Below are positions 8,995 to 19,679 of a DNA stretch of 64,000 nt, in pieces. Under the pieces are notes generated by a model. That model did not search any database, was not told the DNA's origin, and was given only the letters and a program-made list of their open reading frames with translations. Origin of the DNA: Alphaproteobacteria bacterium (GTDB lineage Bacteria; Pseudomonadota; Alphaproteobacteria; MPNO01; UBA830); NCBI GenBank assembly GCA_965243135.1, contig OZ251539.1, positions 3,648,001-3,712,000 on the forward strand. Reading direction: 5' to 3'. The first letter of the stretch is position 1, and each line of letters starts with the position of its first letter. A program made the position numbers and the translations under genes.

Positions 8995-9909
8995 TCAGGC
9001 CAAATGGCCGCCGAGGATTCCCGCGAGGAGCAGCCATCCGAACAGTCGGTTCGACTTGAACTTTGCGAGGCAGTCCCTGGGCGCGTCGAGATCGACGCGC
9101 GCCGCCTGCCATGCCAACTGCGAAAAGCCCGCCGCGATCCCGATCCAGAAGAGCCATTCCAACCCGGCCAGATGCCCCGCCGCGCCGAACAAGATCGTCG
9201 CGCAGGCGTAAAAGAACAGCAACCACGGCTTGGAGGCCGGCACCCCGAGAGCGCGCGCCGAAGAGCCGACTCGCGCCGCCGGATCGTCCCGCCGATCCTG
9301 GTGCGCGTAGATCGTGTCGTATCCGAGCGTCCAGAAAACGCCGCCCGCGTACAGCGCGAAGGCCGGGGCGGCCAGATCTCCGCGAGCGGCGGCCCATCCG
9401 AGCAGCGCGCCCCAATTGAAGGCGAGGCCAAGCACGAATTGCGGCCAGAACGTTACGCGCTTGGCGAGAGGATACAGAGCGACGAGAGGCAAGGACGCGA
9501 CTCCGACCCATATCGCGTAGCTGTCGAGAGAAAGCAGAATCGCCGCGCCGATCGCGAGCTGCGCCAGAAACCAGACGAACGCCTGAAGCACGGTCACTTC
9601 GCCGGCGGGCAGCGGACGGTCGCGGGTGCGCGCGACGCGAGCGTCGAGCTTGCGGTCGAGAATGTCGTTCCACGTGCAACCGGCGCCCCGCATCGCCAAG
9701 GCGCCGGCGCCGAACAGGACGTAGAGATGCAGACTGTTGGGAGACGCCAGCGCGATGCTCCACCAGCACGGAAACAACAGCAGCCAGGAGCCGATCGGCC
9801 GGTCGAGGCGCGAGAGCCGAACATAGGGCCGGATCCCTGCCGGCATCCATCGGTCGACCCAGCCGCCGCGCGGTATGTCGCTGGCGCGGCCGCGCGCGGT
9901 TTCGTTCAT
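8995..9909 (-). CDS. ubiA: 4-hydroxybenzoate octaprenyltransferase
   Basis: RLDRPIGSWLLL, MRGAGCTWNDILDR..DARVARTRDRPL, YDTIYAHQD. Confidence 0.95.
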   Translation of the reverse strand: MNETARGRASDIPRGGWVDRWMPAGIRPYVRLSRLDRPIGSWLLLFPCWWSIALASPNSLHLYVLFGAGALAMRGAGCTWNDILDRKLDARVARTRDRPLPAGEVTVLQAFVWFLAQLAIGAAILLSLDSYAIWVGVASLPLVALYPLAKRVTFWPQFVLGLAFNWGALLGWAAARGDLAAPAFALYAGGVFWTLGYDTIYAHQDRRDDPAARVGSSARALGVPASKPWLLFFYACATILFGAAGHLAGLEWLFWIGIAAGFSQLAWQAARVDLDAPRDCLAKFKSNRLFGWLLLAGILGGHLA

Positions 9910-10419
9910 TCTCCGGCTTTCGGCCGGCGGTCGCGCCGGACATTTTCGCGCCGACGGACGGGCCGGAGACATCCACGCGCCGCCGCAGCCTGACGCGACA
10001 GCGGCCGCGCCGTTTCCGGGTCGGCGGCTCCGGGCCGGGCATTCTTCATGAGACTCCCGCCGCCATCTCGAGAGAGCGCCGTTTGGCCGCCAAGCATGGC
10101 GCGCCTACGAAATCGCAGAACATGCCGAGCGTCCGGCATCCTCCCGAGGCGCGAAACCGGCTTGTCGCGGCGGCATGCCGAAAGCGGGAAAACCCGTGTT
10201 ATGCGGAGGAATTGCGGAAGACGACGTCGTCGGCGCAGCGGCGGCGCTGCAACCCTGTCGGCTCCGGAACGGAGCGGGGGATTATTTCGCAACAGGAGAG
10301 CCATCCCCGTAAAATATCGCATTTACCGATGCGCGAGCGAGAAGCCTACCGTACACGCAACCGGTCCACATGCGACGAGAAATCAAACGAACGGACAATC
10401 GGGAAGACGGCGACTGCCG

Positions 10420-10900
10420 TCCTTTCCCGGACGCTACTCCACCCACGCCTGCGACTACAACCGTCAAGAAACGGTCGCGTCGGAAGCCGGGCGCAGCGCT
10501 TTGGAGGGCCGGCCCGGACGCGAGACACCCTCCTGCGATCGAACTTCGGCCGGACAGACGCGCACGGAAACGCAGACCTTTCCGACGGCCTTCCTGTTCG
10601 AGTGCGCGTTCGCGCCAAAGCGCGGGCTGAACCTGACCGCTCATCGGCAAGGCGGCCGACGACATGCTTCCCGGAGTCCGCGTAGCGCGTTCTTTCAAGT
10701 TCGCATCGCGACATGCCTGAGCGCCCGCTAACGTCGAGGAGCAAGGTCAGGCGACGCGGACCGCAAGACACGGGACTGTTTATTCCGCAGGGGTTCGCGA
10801 CCGCGCATTTCTTCCGGCAGAGGCCCGAGCGCTTTTCGACGCGGGCCGCGGAGATCCGCTCACCGTGGTCACCGTAGACACCTTGCACTATCGGCCATGC
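10420..10900 (-). pseudogene. Possible highly degenerate Rpn/YhgA-family relic
   Basis: Fragments in shifting frames (PIVQGVYG..AA, RLTLLLDV, WRERALEQEGRRKGL, RPKFD) follow the order of motifs in the intact Rpn at 50664-51713. Confidence 0.35.
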
Positions 10901-11019
10901 GGGGAAGGCCGCGAGCCGACTCTTTCGCGATAAGCGGAAGGCCGGTATAGTCGGCGCACAAGGCGCTCGGGGCGATGCGGTCTGAACAGTCCTGCGCGGC
11001 GCGTCAGGGAAATTGGGCG

Positions 11020-11814
11020 ATGACCGGCTACCTGTTTCGTGATCGTTGGCCTGCCACGGATCTCGCACGCTCCATTGCTTCGCTGCGTTCGGATGGGTTG
11101 TTCGACGAATACGAAAACTTGCGAGATGATCCACCGCGCCGCTCGCAACCATATCTTGTCGAACATCATGACGGGACAACCGAGGAGAGGTCGCGCAACG
11201 ACCGCGGCATTCAGTACGAACCGCGCTACGCGATAGCGCTCTGGAATCTTGGAAAATCCGCATGGCCGCGGTCCGACGGCGATCGGCAGCGTTTTATCGA
11301 CTATCAGATGCCACTCAAAGCCGTTCGGACGGACAAAATTGGCGAGGTCGATCTGCTCGGCATTACGGATCAAGGCCGCCTGATAGTCGTGGAATTGAAG
11401 TTTCCGCGCAGGAGCCGGGGCGACTCGCCGATGTTCGCTCTGATGGAGGGGCTACGCTACGCCGCCGTCGTTGAAGGTCGCTCCGAACGCATCGCAAAGG
11501 AGATCGAGGATCGCATTCGTTGCGAGGTCGACCGCGAGACTCCGCCGATCGTGCAGCTATTGGCGCCATGCTCGTGGTGGCGGGCGTGGTTGGACCCGAA
11601 GCTAAAACGAGCGGCCGGCGACTGGAATCGGGAATTCGATAATCTCGCTTCGAAGATCGAGAAATCAATCGGCGTGACGGTCGAGTGCCTGGCAACGGAT
11701 ACCAGCATCCCGGAAGTGGAGACCGGTTTGCGCAAACAGCGGCCGACGCTCGACCGCGCGCCAAACTTTTTTGCGGTTCGTCTCGCCTCGTCCGAGTTCG
11801 TTCCTCTGCGTTGA
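11020..11814 (+). CDS. Hypothetical PD-(D/E)XK-superfamily nuclease
   Basis: YQMPL...IGEVDLLG.....LIVVELK and ALMEGLRY pattern; composition differs from flanks; start uncertain (10975 or 11020). Confidence 0.6.
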   Translation: MTGYLFRDRWPATDLARSIASLRSDGLFDEYENLRDDPPRRSQPYLVEHHDGTTEERSRNDRGIQYEPRYAIALWNLGKSAWPRSDGDRQRFIDYQMPLKAVRTDKIGEVDLLGITDQGRLIVVELKFPRRSRGDSPMFALMEGLRYAAVVEGRSERIAKEIEDRIRCEVDRETPPIVQLLAPCSWWRAWLDPKLKRAAGDWNREFDNLASKIEKSIGVTVECLATDTSIPEVETGLRKQRPTLDRAPNFFAVRLASSEFVPLR

Positions 11815-12009
11815 TCGAATCTTGTGCGTGAGGCGGCGGTACGGTTGGCACCCCGCTCCGCTGCCAGATCCGCAAGGATCGTGCAGACGTCCGGAACAAA
11901 AGGAGTGCTTCGGTTTCCGCTCCGTAAATCGCCCTAGCTGCGCCGGAACGACATTTGCTGGATGGGGCTTGCGCCCACCTGAAGGAAGCGCCTTTCCACG
12001 ACGCACTGA

Positions 12010-12554
12010 GATATGCGGGCTAAGCTCGTGAAGGAACTGTTCAAGGTGACGGTCGAAGTCACAGACGGCCTGCCGACCCTTCGTTACCGGTTCGACTGGC
12101 GCGGGCAGTGACTGCAGCGTACATTGCCCGGCAAGGCCCTCGTCATTACTGACAACGCCGACTGGAGCGACGTGGAAATTGTACAGGGCGCAGTGTCGAG
12201 AGCGCGTTCCAAAAGAACGCTCACGGCCTGAAGCCGTCGCTCGAAAGATCGGGGTGCATTTCTTCCGCTGCGTCATCGACTTGTTGCCGAGCGGTATCCT
12301 GAAGCGTGAAACGCGCAGCAGCAGCCTGAGGAGTTCAGCGCTGCTTGATCAGCTCGGCCCGGGAATTCGGTGTCGCGCATCCCGGCAGGAAGCCCGTTGC
12401 AACGTTGTCGCGGATGATCGGCGGCCAGCGCGCCCTTTACGAAGCTCTCGACCTACGATGGCCGCTGCCCCTTGCCCGATCTGTTAGGTCATACTGCGGT
12501 ACCCTGATAATATTGGTAAATCAACTGCATGCGGAATCTCGCGGTAAACTCGAG
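12010..12554 (+). mobile_element. IS1634-family transposase 3' remnant
   Basis: KELFKVTVEVTDGLPTLRYRFD, GKALVITDNADWSDVEIV, KIGVHFFRCV, TLSRMIGGQRALYEALDL, with stops and frameshifts. Confidence 0.7.
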
Positions 12555-12631
12555 CCAAGAGCGGTGGCCGTTCTCGACGGGGCACTCGTCGATTCGAATC
12601 TGCCACAGCCTTTCGCGAGGGCAGCTGCCGA

Positions 12632-12780
12632 AATCAGGTGGACCGCCCGCCCGAGATGACGTTACCTCGCCGTATAGCCCTTCTCCCGCAGCCGCGCGAT
12701 TTCCTCCCGCCCGCGCTCGACCGCCTTGAACTCGAACAGGTAGACGTATCGTCATGTTGACGCGCCCCGGCTGCCGCCGG
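12632..12780 (-). pseudogene. 3' relic of a fifth AAA/PD-(D/E)XK gene
   Basis: DNA matches the copy 1/3 3' end (GGCAGCCGGGGCGCG, GTCTACCTGTTCGAGTTCAAGG, GCGGGAGAAGGGCTA, GTCCACCTGAT) with indels. Confidence 0.85.
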
Positions 12781-12870
12781 TCTCGGAGGCTGGCGCGATT
12801 GAGACAGCTCTTGACGGCCTGTGTCGAAAGCGCTACGGAATTTTTCATATATCAAGTGTGGAGAGGTACA

Positions 12871-13968
12871 ATGTCGTCCGCATATGAAGAGACTGTATCC
12901 GACGTCACCGAAAATACCGATAACGTGGACGACGATTCCGAGGAGGATGAGCAAAGGAAGATCACCTATAGCATATCGAGCTATGGTGCGGATTATACGG
13001 CCGATAGTATCGTAAAACGACTTGATAATGAAGCATTTTACTTTCCTGAATTTCAGAGATCCTATGTCTGGACTCGCCCTCAAGCATCTCGTTTTATCGA
13101 ATCTCTCCTCCTCGGACTTCCTGTTCCGGGAGTATTTCTTGCGAAAGAGGAAGAAACACACAAGCATTTGATCATAGATGGACAACAAAGGCTTAAATCT
13201 CTTCAGTTCTTTTATCAAGGACGTTTTCGAGATAATAAGAAGTTCGGTCTTCAGAAAGTCGATGAAAGATGGAACGGGAAATCAATAGATGATTTGCGCG
13301 AAGAGGACCGTCGGCGTCTCGATGACTCGATCATTCATTGTACAATATTCAAACAAAACAGACCAGAAGAAGACGATACCAGCTTTCATGACGTTTTTGA
13401 TCGACTTAATACCGGCGGAGTGAAACTATATCCTCAGGAGATTCGAAACTGCGTAGATCACGGTAATCTTACGAAGCTTCTGAACGCCTGCAATGAAATA
13501 GAGGTTTGGAGACGTATTTTTGGAAAAGAAAGCGTTAGATTGAAAGATCAAGAGCTGATATTGAGATTTTTTGCGTTTTATATGAACGAAAACTACCAGA
13601 GACCCATGAAAGAATTTCTTGATCGGTTTTCCCATAAAAATCGAAAATTAAGCGATGAACGATACGAAACGATGCTTTGCCTGTTCGAAAATACAATAAA
13701 CACCGTAGGAAACGCTGTCGGAGAAAAAAAAGCATTTCGACCTAGTAAAAATCTCAATGCCGCGGTATTCGAGGCGGTTATGGTTGGCGTGGCCCGCCGA
13801 ATGGAAGCGAAAGAAGCGAGCGATCTTACCAAGGATGCGGTGAAGAAAGCTTATCTTGAGCTCGTCAAAAATGGGGAGTTTCTTGACGCCTGCAGTCAGC
13901 ATTCATCCGACGAGAAAAATGTCAGAAAACGGCAAAGATTAGCGAGACGTGCGTTCGCCAGTGCATAA
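12871..13968 (+). CDS. DUF262 (ParB/GmrS-like) domain protein
   Basis: PEFQRSYVW, SRFIESLLLGLPVP, IIDGQQRL, FDRLNTGG; AT-rich; GGAGAGG RBS. Confidence 0.9.
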   Translation: MSSAYEETVSDVTENTDNVDDDSEEDEQRKITYSISSYGADYTADSIVKRLDNEAFYFPEFQRSYVWTRPQASRFIESLLLGLPVPGVFLAKEEETHKHLIIDGQQRLKSLQFFYQGRFRDNKKFGLQKVDERWNGKSIDDLREEDRRRLDDSIIHCTIFKQNRPEEDDTSFHDVFDRLNTGGVKLYPQEIRNCVDHGNLTKLLNACNEIEVWRRIFGKESVRLKDQELILRFFAFYMNENYQRPMKEFLDRFSHKNRKLSDERYETMLCLFENTINTVGNAVGEKKAFRPSKNLNAAVFEAVMVGVARRMEAKEASDLTKDAVKKAYLELVKNGEFLDACSQHSSDEKNVRKRQRLARRAFASA

Positions 13969-14452
13969 AGGTGGGGATTTGAAGTTCGAAGATGATCAAC
14001 TTAGGGTTAAACTCGTTTCCGAAGCGCTGGAAGATCTTCCAGACAACGAGGAGATACGAAGCCATTGGACTCGATATCTGTGCGTCCTGACGGCGGGCCT
14101 TCTTGAAACCGGTCTGCGTGAAATAATAATGGAATATGTTCGAAGAAATTCAGATCAACGGATTCAAAAAAAGCTTAGCGGCAGACAACTATCGCCGCCG
14201 AATCCAAAAAGCGGCGTAATTATCTCTACATTGTCCGGTTTCGACAAAAAATGGGGAGAGGAGATAAAAAAATACATCACGGACGAAAAAGGGGACAAGA
14301 TCGACAGCGTAATGAATAATCGGAATAGAATAGCGCATGGTCAAGATGTTTCGGTTACTTCTAGAGCGCTAAATTCGCAATATCAAGAGGTCGTTGAAGT
14401 TGTCAAATTCGTAAATGATCTTGTATTGACGCAGTCGGACGTGGCGGAATGA
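13961..14452 (+). CDS. HEPN-domain putative RNase (MAE_28990/RiboL-PSP-like)
   Basis: YLCVLTAGLLE, NP, R-X4-H motif RNRIAH; overlaps or abuts the DUF262 stop; start GTG 13961 or TTG 13979. Confidence 0.85.
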   Translation: MHKGGDLKFEDDQLRVKLVSEALEDLPDNEEIRSHWTRYLCVLTAGLLETGLREIIMEYVRRNSDQRIQKKLSGRQLSPPNPKSGVIISTLSGFDKKWGEEIKKYITDEKGDKIDSVMNNRNRIAHGQDVSVTSRALNSQYQEVVEVVKFVNDLVLTQSDVAE

Positions 14453-15082
14453 ATCCGAAGGCATTCTTGTTTGATGCATTGCAAGACGGAAGGTAGGCGT
14501 GAAACGTAGCCCATCGATGAAACAGCGTGTTCCTCGCTTTGAATGAAAACGGGGAATTGATGATTGCGCGGCGGCTTGGCGTTCGTCGTCCCACAGCTGT
14601 GGAGGGCGTTTTTCGGGACCTGTCGGAAAACCCGTTCGAGATCGAGGTGCTTTCAAGGTATCGCGAACGGATCGACTGGCAACGATTTGAATCCGGTTCC
14701 CTCCCCGCCCAGCACTGCCGTGCGACGCTTCCGCTTCCCAACGCACCTCGTCCCGCCGCCGGGGGCGGCGTCGCCGACGGCAAAGCCCCCTCGTCCGTCG
14801 GTCGCTTCGAAGCAAAAATTCGGTATGAGGGCACAAGGATCCCATGTCCGGTTCCCGGGACAAATTTTCTTCGTCTCCCGGGTAGCAAACGCTTACCCCA
14901 CAAAGAGACTCCTACGCTGTTCCGAACGTCTTCGCCGAGTCGCCGGATGTCCTCTCCTCTCAGGATGAGCTGGCCAGCATCGGCGCGGCGTCGGATTGAC
15001 TCGAGCCGGCCGACAGCGTATACGGCGAGCGTTCCGTTCGTGCGCCGACGTTCGGGATTCCATCAGCCGCAGGATGCCGTTC

Positions 15083-15472
15083 ATGGCGAAGCGTCCCTTG
15101 TCTCCGCATCTTCAGATCTACAGGCCCCAGCTCACTTCGGTGCTGTCCATTCTGCACCGCCTGACCGGCATTGCGTTGGCGGTTGGCACGCTGCTCCTGG
15201 TGTGGTGGCTGGCTGCGGCCGCATCCGGCGAAAGCGCTTTCGCCGACGTCCAGGCGGTGATCGGCTCCTGGATCGGCAGGTTGCTGCTGCTGGGCTGGTC
15301 GTTCGCGCTCTTCTTCCATCTTTGCAACGGCATTCGCCATCTGTTTTGGGACGCGGGCAAGGGATTCGCGCTCGGCGCCGTCTACGCCAGCGGGCGAGCG
15401 GCGGTGGCGGCCGCCGTCGCGCTCACCGCCGCCGCGTGGATCTGGGGGTACGCGACCATGGGCGCCTTCTGA
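15083..15472 (+). CDS. sdhC: Succinate dehydrogenase cytochrome b556 subunit
   Basis: [37 protein letters not shown]. Confidence 0.95.
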   Translation: MAKRPLSPHLQIYRPQLTSVLSILHRLTGIALAVGTLLLVWWLAAAASGESAFADVQAVIGSWIGRLLLLGWSFALFFHLCNGIRHLFWDAGKGFALGAVYASGRAAVAAAVALTAAAWIWGYATMGAF

Positions 15473-15852
15473 TGACGAGACAATCGCCGCTGGCCCGAGT
15501 CCGGGGACTCGGAACGGCCAGGGAGGGGGTTGCGCACTGGTGGGCGCAACGCCTGACCGCAGTGGCGCTCGTTCCTTTGCTGATCTGGTTCGTGGCGTCG
15601 CTCTGCGCCATGACGGGCGCCGATTACGGCGAGGTTCGAACGTGGATCTCGCAGCCGATGGTGTCGATCCTGCTCGTGCTGCTGGCCGTCGCCGCGTTCC
15701 ACCATGCGCAGCTCGGTCTCCAGGTCGTCCTCGAGGACTACGTTCGGACCGAATGGCTGAAGCTTTCGAGCATCGTTCTCGTCAGGTTCGCAGCGGTCGC
15801 GCTCGCCGTGGCCGCCATCCTGTCCGTCGCCAGGATCGCCCTCGGAAAATGA
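15472..15852 (+). CDS. sdhD: Succinate dehydrogenase membrane anchor
   Basis: [31 protein letters not shown]; TGATG overlap with sdhC. Confidence 0.95.
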   Translation: MTRQSPLARVRGLGTAREGVAHWWAQRLTAVALVPLLIWFVASLCAMTGADYGEVRTWISQPMVSILLVLLAVAAFHHAQLGLQVVLEDYVRTEWLKLSSIVLVRFAAVALAVAAILSVARIALGK

Positions 15853-17645
15853 GCTCCAAGTCTTACGAAATCGTCGACCATACCTACGACGTCGTGGTGC
15901 TCGGCGCCGGCGGCGCCGGCCTTCGCGCCACTTTCGGCATGGCGCTGAAGAACCTCCGCACGGCCTGCATCACCAAGGTGTTCCCGACCCGAAGCCACAC
16001 CGTCGCCGCGCAGGGAGGGATTTCCGCGGCGCTCGGAAACATGAGCGAGGACGACTGGCGCTGGCATTTCTACGACACGGTGAAGGGGGCCGACTGGCTC
16101 GGCGACCAGGACGCGATCGAGTACATGTGCCGCGAGGCCATTCCCGCGGTTCTGGAACTCGAGCATTACGGCGTGCCGTTTTCGCGGACCGAAAAGGGCG
16201 AGATCTATCAGCGTCCTTTCGGCGGCATGACCACCAGATACGGCGACGGTCCGCCGGCGCAACGCACGGCCGCCGCCGCCGACCGGACGGGACACGCCAT
16301 TCTCCACACCCTGTACCAACAATCCCTGAAGCACCGCGCCGAGTTCTTCGTGGAATACTTCGGGCTCGACCTCCTCATGGACGACGATGGGGTTTGCCGC
16401 GGCGTGATGGCGTGGAACCTCGACGACGGAACCATCCACCGTTTCAGGGCCGGCCTGGTCGTGGTCGCGACCGGCGGCTACGGGCGCTGCTACTTCTCGT
16501 GCACCGGCGCCCACACCCAGACCGGGGACGGCAACGCGATGGCGCTGCGCGCCGGCCTGCCGTGCGAAGACATGGAGTTCATCCAGTTCCACCCCACGGG
16601 AATCTACGGGGCGGGCTGCCTCATCACTGAAGGCGTGCGGGGCGAAGGAGGATACCTGACCAATTCGGAAGGCGAGCGCTTCATGGAACGCTACGCGCCG
16701 AGCGTGAAGGACCTCGCCTCGCGCGACGTCGTGAGCCGCGCGATGACCATGGAAATCCGCGAGGGCCGCGGCGTCGGCGCCGACAGCGACCACATCCACC
16801 TTCACATCGAGCATCTCGACCCGGATGTCATCGGCGAGCGGCTGCCGGGAATTTCCGAGACCGCCCGCATCTTTGCGGGCGTCGACGTCACCAGGGAGCC
16901 GATTCCCGTGCTCCCCACCGTGCATTACAACATGGGGGGCATCCCCACCACCTACCGTGGCGAAATGGTGAAGCCGGCGGACGGAAACCCGGAGGAGATC
17001 CAGCCCGGCCTCATGGCGATCGGCGAGGCGGCTTGCGTTTCGGTTCACGGCGCCAACCGCCTGGGATCGAATTCGCTGCTCGACCTCGTCGTTTTCGGCC
17101 GCGCCGCCGCCGAGCGGGCCGCGGAGATGGTCGATCCCGGCGGAAAACAGCCCGAACTTCCGAGGGACGCCGGCGAAGCGGCGCTGGATCGCTTCGACGC
17201 GCGCCGCCACGCTTCCGGCTCCGTTCCCACGGCGGAACTGCGGCTCGGGATGCAGCGCGCCATGCAATCGCACTGCGCCGTGTTCCGAACCGAGGAACTG
17301 ATGGTGGAAGGCCGGCGCAAGCTTTCGGAACTCTGGTCGAAGAACGACGACGTGAAGGTCGCGGACAAGTCGTTGATCTGGAATTCCGATTTGGCGGAGA
17401 CTCTGGAATACGACAATCTGCTGGCGCAGGCGATCGTCAGCCTCGATTCCGCGATCAACCGCAAGGAGAGCCGCGGCGGGCACGCGCGCGAAGATTTTCC
17501 CGACCGCGACGACGACAACTGGATGAAGCACACCTACGTGTGGCTCAACGAGGACGGAACCACCCGCATCGAGTACCGCCCGGTCCATGGCGAGACGATG
17601 AGCGGCGACGTGGAAGCGGTTCCGCCGAAGGAACGGGTGTACTGA
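15849..17645 (+). CDS. sdhA: Succinate dehydrogenase flavoprotein
   Basis: [39 protein letters not shown]. Confidence 0.98.
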   Translation: MSSKSYEIVDHTYDVVVLGAGGAGLRATFGMALKNLRTACITKVFPTRSHTVAAQGGISAALGNMSEDDWRWHFYDTVKGADWLGDQDAIEYMCREAIPAVLELEHYGVPFSRTEKGEIYQRPFGGMTTRYGDGPPAQRTAAAADRTGHAILHTLYQQSLKHRAEFFVEYFGLDLLMDDDGVCRGVMAWNLDDGTIHRFRAGLVVVATGGYGRCYFSCTGAHTQTGDGNAMALRAGLPCEDMEFIQFHPTGIYGAGCLITEGVRGEGGYLTNSEGERFMERYAPSVKDLASRDVVSRAMTMEIREGRGVGADSDHIHLHIEHLDPDVIGERLPGISETARIFAGVDVTREPIPVLPTVHYNMGGIPTTYRGEMVKPADGNPEEIQPGLMAIGEAACVSVHGANRLGSNSLLDLVVFGRAAAERAAEMVDPGGKQPELPRDAGEAALDRFDARRHASGSVPTAELRLGMQRAMQSHCAVFRTEELMVEGRRKLSELWSKNDDVKVADKSLIWNSDLAETLEYDNLLAQAIVSLDSAINRKESRGGHAREDFPDRDDDNWMKHTYVWLNEDGTTRIEYRPVHGETMSGDVEAVPPKERVY

Positions 17646-17646
17646 G

Positions 17647-18426
17647 ATGGCGCAATTCACGCTCCCCGCGAATTCGCGGATCCGCAAGGGCAGGACCTGG
17701 CCGGCGCCGGAAGGCGGCAAGAAGCCGAAGACCTTCCGAATCTATCGATGGGATCCGGATTCCGGCGAAACTCCGCGGGTCGACGCCTATACGATCGATC
17801 TCGAAGATTGCGGACCGATGGTCCTGGACGCGGTCATCAAGATCAAGAACGAGGTGGATTCGACCCTGACTTTCCGGCGCTCCTGCCGCGAGGGCGTGTG
17901 CGGTTCGTGCGCCATGAACATCGACGGCGGCAATACGCTCGCCTGCACCAAGTACGTCGACGACGTCAAGGGCGACATCAGGATCTACCCGCTGCCCCAC
18001 TTGCCCGTCGTCAAGGATCTCGTGCCCGACCTGAAGCAGGTTTACGCCCAGTACCTGTCGATCGAGCCGTGGCTCAAATCCGATACGCCGGCGCCCCCGG
18101 GGAAGGAGCGATTGCAGTCGCCGGAGGAGCGTCGCAAGCTCGACGGCCTTTGGGAATGCATCCTGTGCTTCTGCTGCTCGACCAGTTGTCCGAGCTATTG
18201 GTGGAACGGCGACCGCTATCTCGGGCCGGCCGCGCTGCTGCAGGCGAATCGCTGGATCCAGGATTCGCGCGACGAAGCGGCCGGCGAGCGCCTCGACGAA
18301 CTTGAAGACCCGTTCCGGTTGTATCGCTGCCATACCATCATGAACTGCACCAACGCCTGTCCGAAGGCTCTCAATCCCGCCAAGGCGATCGCGGAAATCA
18401 AGCAGGCGATGGTCTCGCGGCGCTAG
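17647..18426 (+). CDS. sdhB: Succinate dehydrogenase iron-sulfur subunit
   Basis: [34 protein letters not shown]. Confidence 0.98.
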   Translation: MAQFTLPANSRIRKGRTWPAPEGGKKPKTFRIYRWDPDSGETPRVDAYTIDLEDCGPMVLDAVIKIKNEVDSTLTFRRSCREGVCGSCAMNIDGGNTLACTKYVDDVKGDIRIYPLPHLPVVKDLVPDLKQVYAQYLSIEPWLKSDTPAPPGKERLQSPEERRKLDGLWECILCFCCSTSCPSYWWNGDRYLGPAALLQANRWIQDSRDEAAGERLDELEDPFRLYRCHTIMNCTNACPKALNPAKAIAEIKQAMVSRR

Positions 18427-18476
18427 CCGCTCTCGCGAAGGAAGGGCGGCGGGCGCGTCCGCCGCCCGGCGGCGTC

Positions 18477-19577
18477 TTGACCGAAGGCCCTCTCCCGGCA
18501 TACCGCGCCCGGCAGCGCGAAGGCGGACTGAAGCACGATCCCGCCCAGGAGCGCGCAGCGGAGCGACTGCAATCACTGTGGCAAGCGCTTCGCGAACCCG
18601 TGAGCTGGCGCGCGCGGTTCGGGCTGGCGCGTCGTCCTGCCGCGCCGCGCGGCCTGTACATCTGCGGCAGGGTCGGTCGCGGCAAATCCATGCTGATGGA
18701 TCTTTTCTTCGCCGCGGTCGAAGACGGGCGCAAGCGTCGCGTTCACTTCAACGAATTCATGCTCGAAACGCACGACGCCCTGCATCGCTGGCGGCAGCGG
18801 GAAGGCTCGCTTCGGGATCCGCTGCCGCGGCTAGCCCGGACCATCGCGGCGGAAGCGCGGTTGCTGTGCTTCGACGAGTTTCGGGTCGAGAACATCGCGG
18901 ACGCGATGATCCTGGGGCGACTCTTCCAGGGGCTGTTCGACGAGGGCGTGGCGATCGTGGCGACCAGCAACGCGCATCCGGACGATCTATATCGCGACGG
19001 ATTGCAACGCGAACGCTTCCTGCCGTTCATCGAGCTCCTCAAACGCCGCGCCGACATCCTGCAACTCGATGCGCAGCGCGACTACCGGCGCGACGGGTTG
19101 GCGGGCAGGCCCGTCTACTACGCTCCGGTCACGGCCGAAACGGACGCGGCGCTCGACGAAGTATTCTCCGCGTTGACCGGCGGCGCCCCGGCGAAACCCT
19201 CCCGGCTAGAGGTAATGGGGAGAATCCTGGTCGTCCCGGCGGCTGCGGAAGGAGTCGCCCGTTTCCCTTTCGAAGCGCTGTGCGGCCGTCCGCTCGGCGC
19301 GCCGGACTACCTCGCCCTAGCCAAGGCGTACCATACCGTGATCCTGTCCGACGTGCCGCTGTTGCCGCGGACGAAGAGAAGCGAGGCTCGCCGGATGGTA
19401 ACTCTTGTCGACATTCTCTACGACAACGGCATAAATCTGGTCGTGTCCGCCGCCGCCGAACCCGATGCGCTTTGCGTCGAAGGAGACGTCGCGGTCGCGT
19501 TTCAACGCACCGCTTCCCGGTTGATCGAGATGCGGAGCGTCAGCTACATCGAAAACCCGCCCGCGGGCCGTATCTGA
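18477..19577 (+). CDS. zapE: Cell division ATPase ZapE (AFG1 family)
   Basis: GLYICGRVGRGKSMLMDLF, RVHF, LCFDEF, ATSN..PDDLY.DGLQR, FQRTASRL.EM. Confidence 0.93.
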   Translation: MTEGPLPAYRARQREGGLKHDPAQERAAERLQSLWQALREPVSWRARFGLARRPAAPRGLYICGRVGRGKSMLMDLFFAAVEDGRKRRVHFNEFMLETHDALHRWRQREGSLRDPLPRLARTIAAEARLLCFDEFRVENIADAMILGRLFQGLFDEGVAIVATSNAHPDDLYRDGLQRERFLPFIELLKRRADILQLDAQRDYRRDGLAGRPVYYAPVTAETDAALDEVFSALTGGAPAKPSRLEVMGRILVVPAAAEGVARFPFEALCGRPLGAPDYLALAKAYHTVILSDVPLLPRTKRSEARRMVTLVDILYDNGINLVVSAAAEPDALCVEGDVAVAFQRTASRLIEMRSVSYIENPPAGRI

Positions 19578-19679
19578 AGAATCGCCCTCGGGCATGCCGG
19601 AGTCGCGCCGCAGCCGGTTCGCGAAGGCGGCCTGCCGGCGACTCGCGGGCCGGCCGCCGTCCTTGCCGCGCGAGACGGA

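Noticed and set aside
14527-15471. N-terminal extension fused to SdhD
   Set aside because: Overlaps sdhC in another frame; SdhD has its normal start at 15472.
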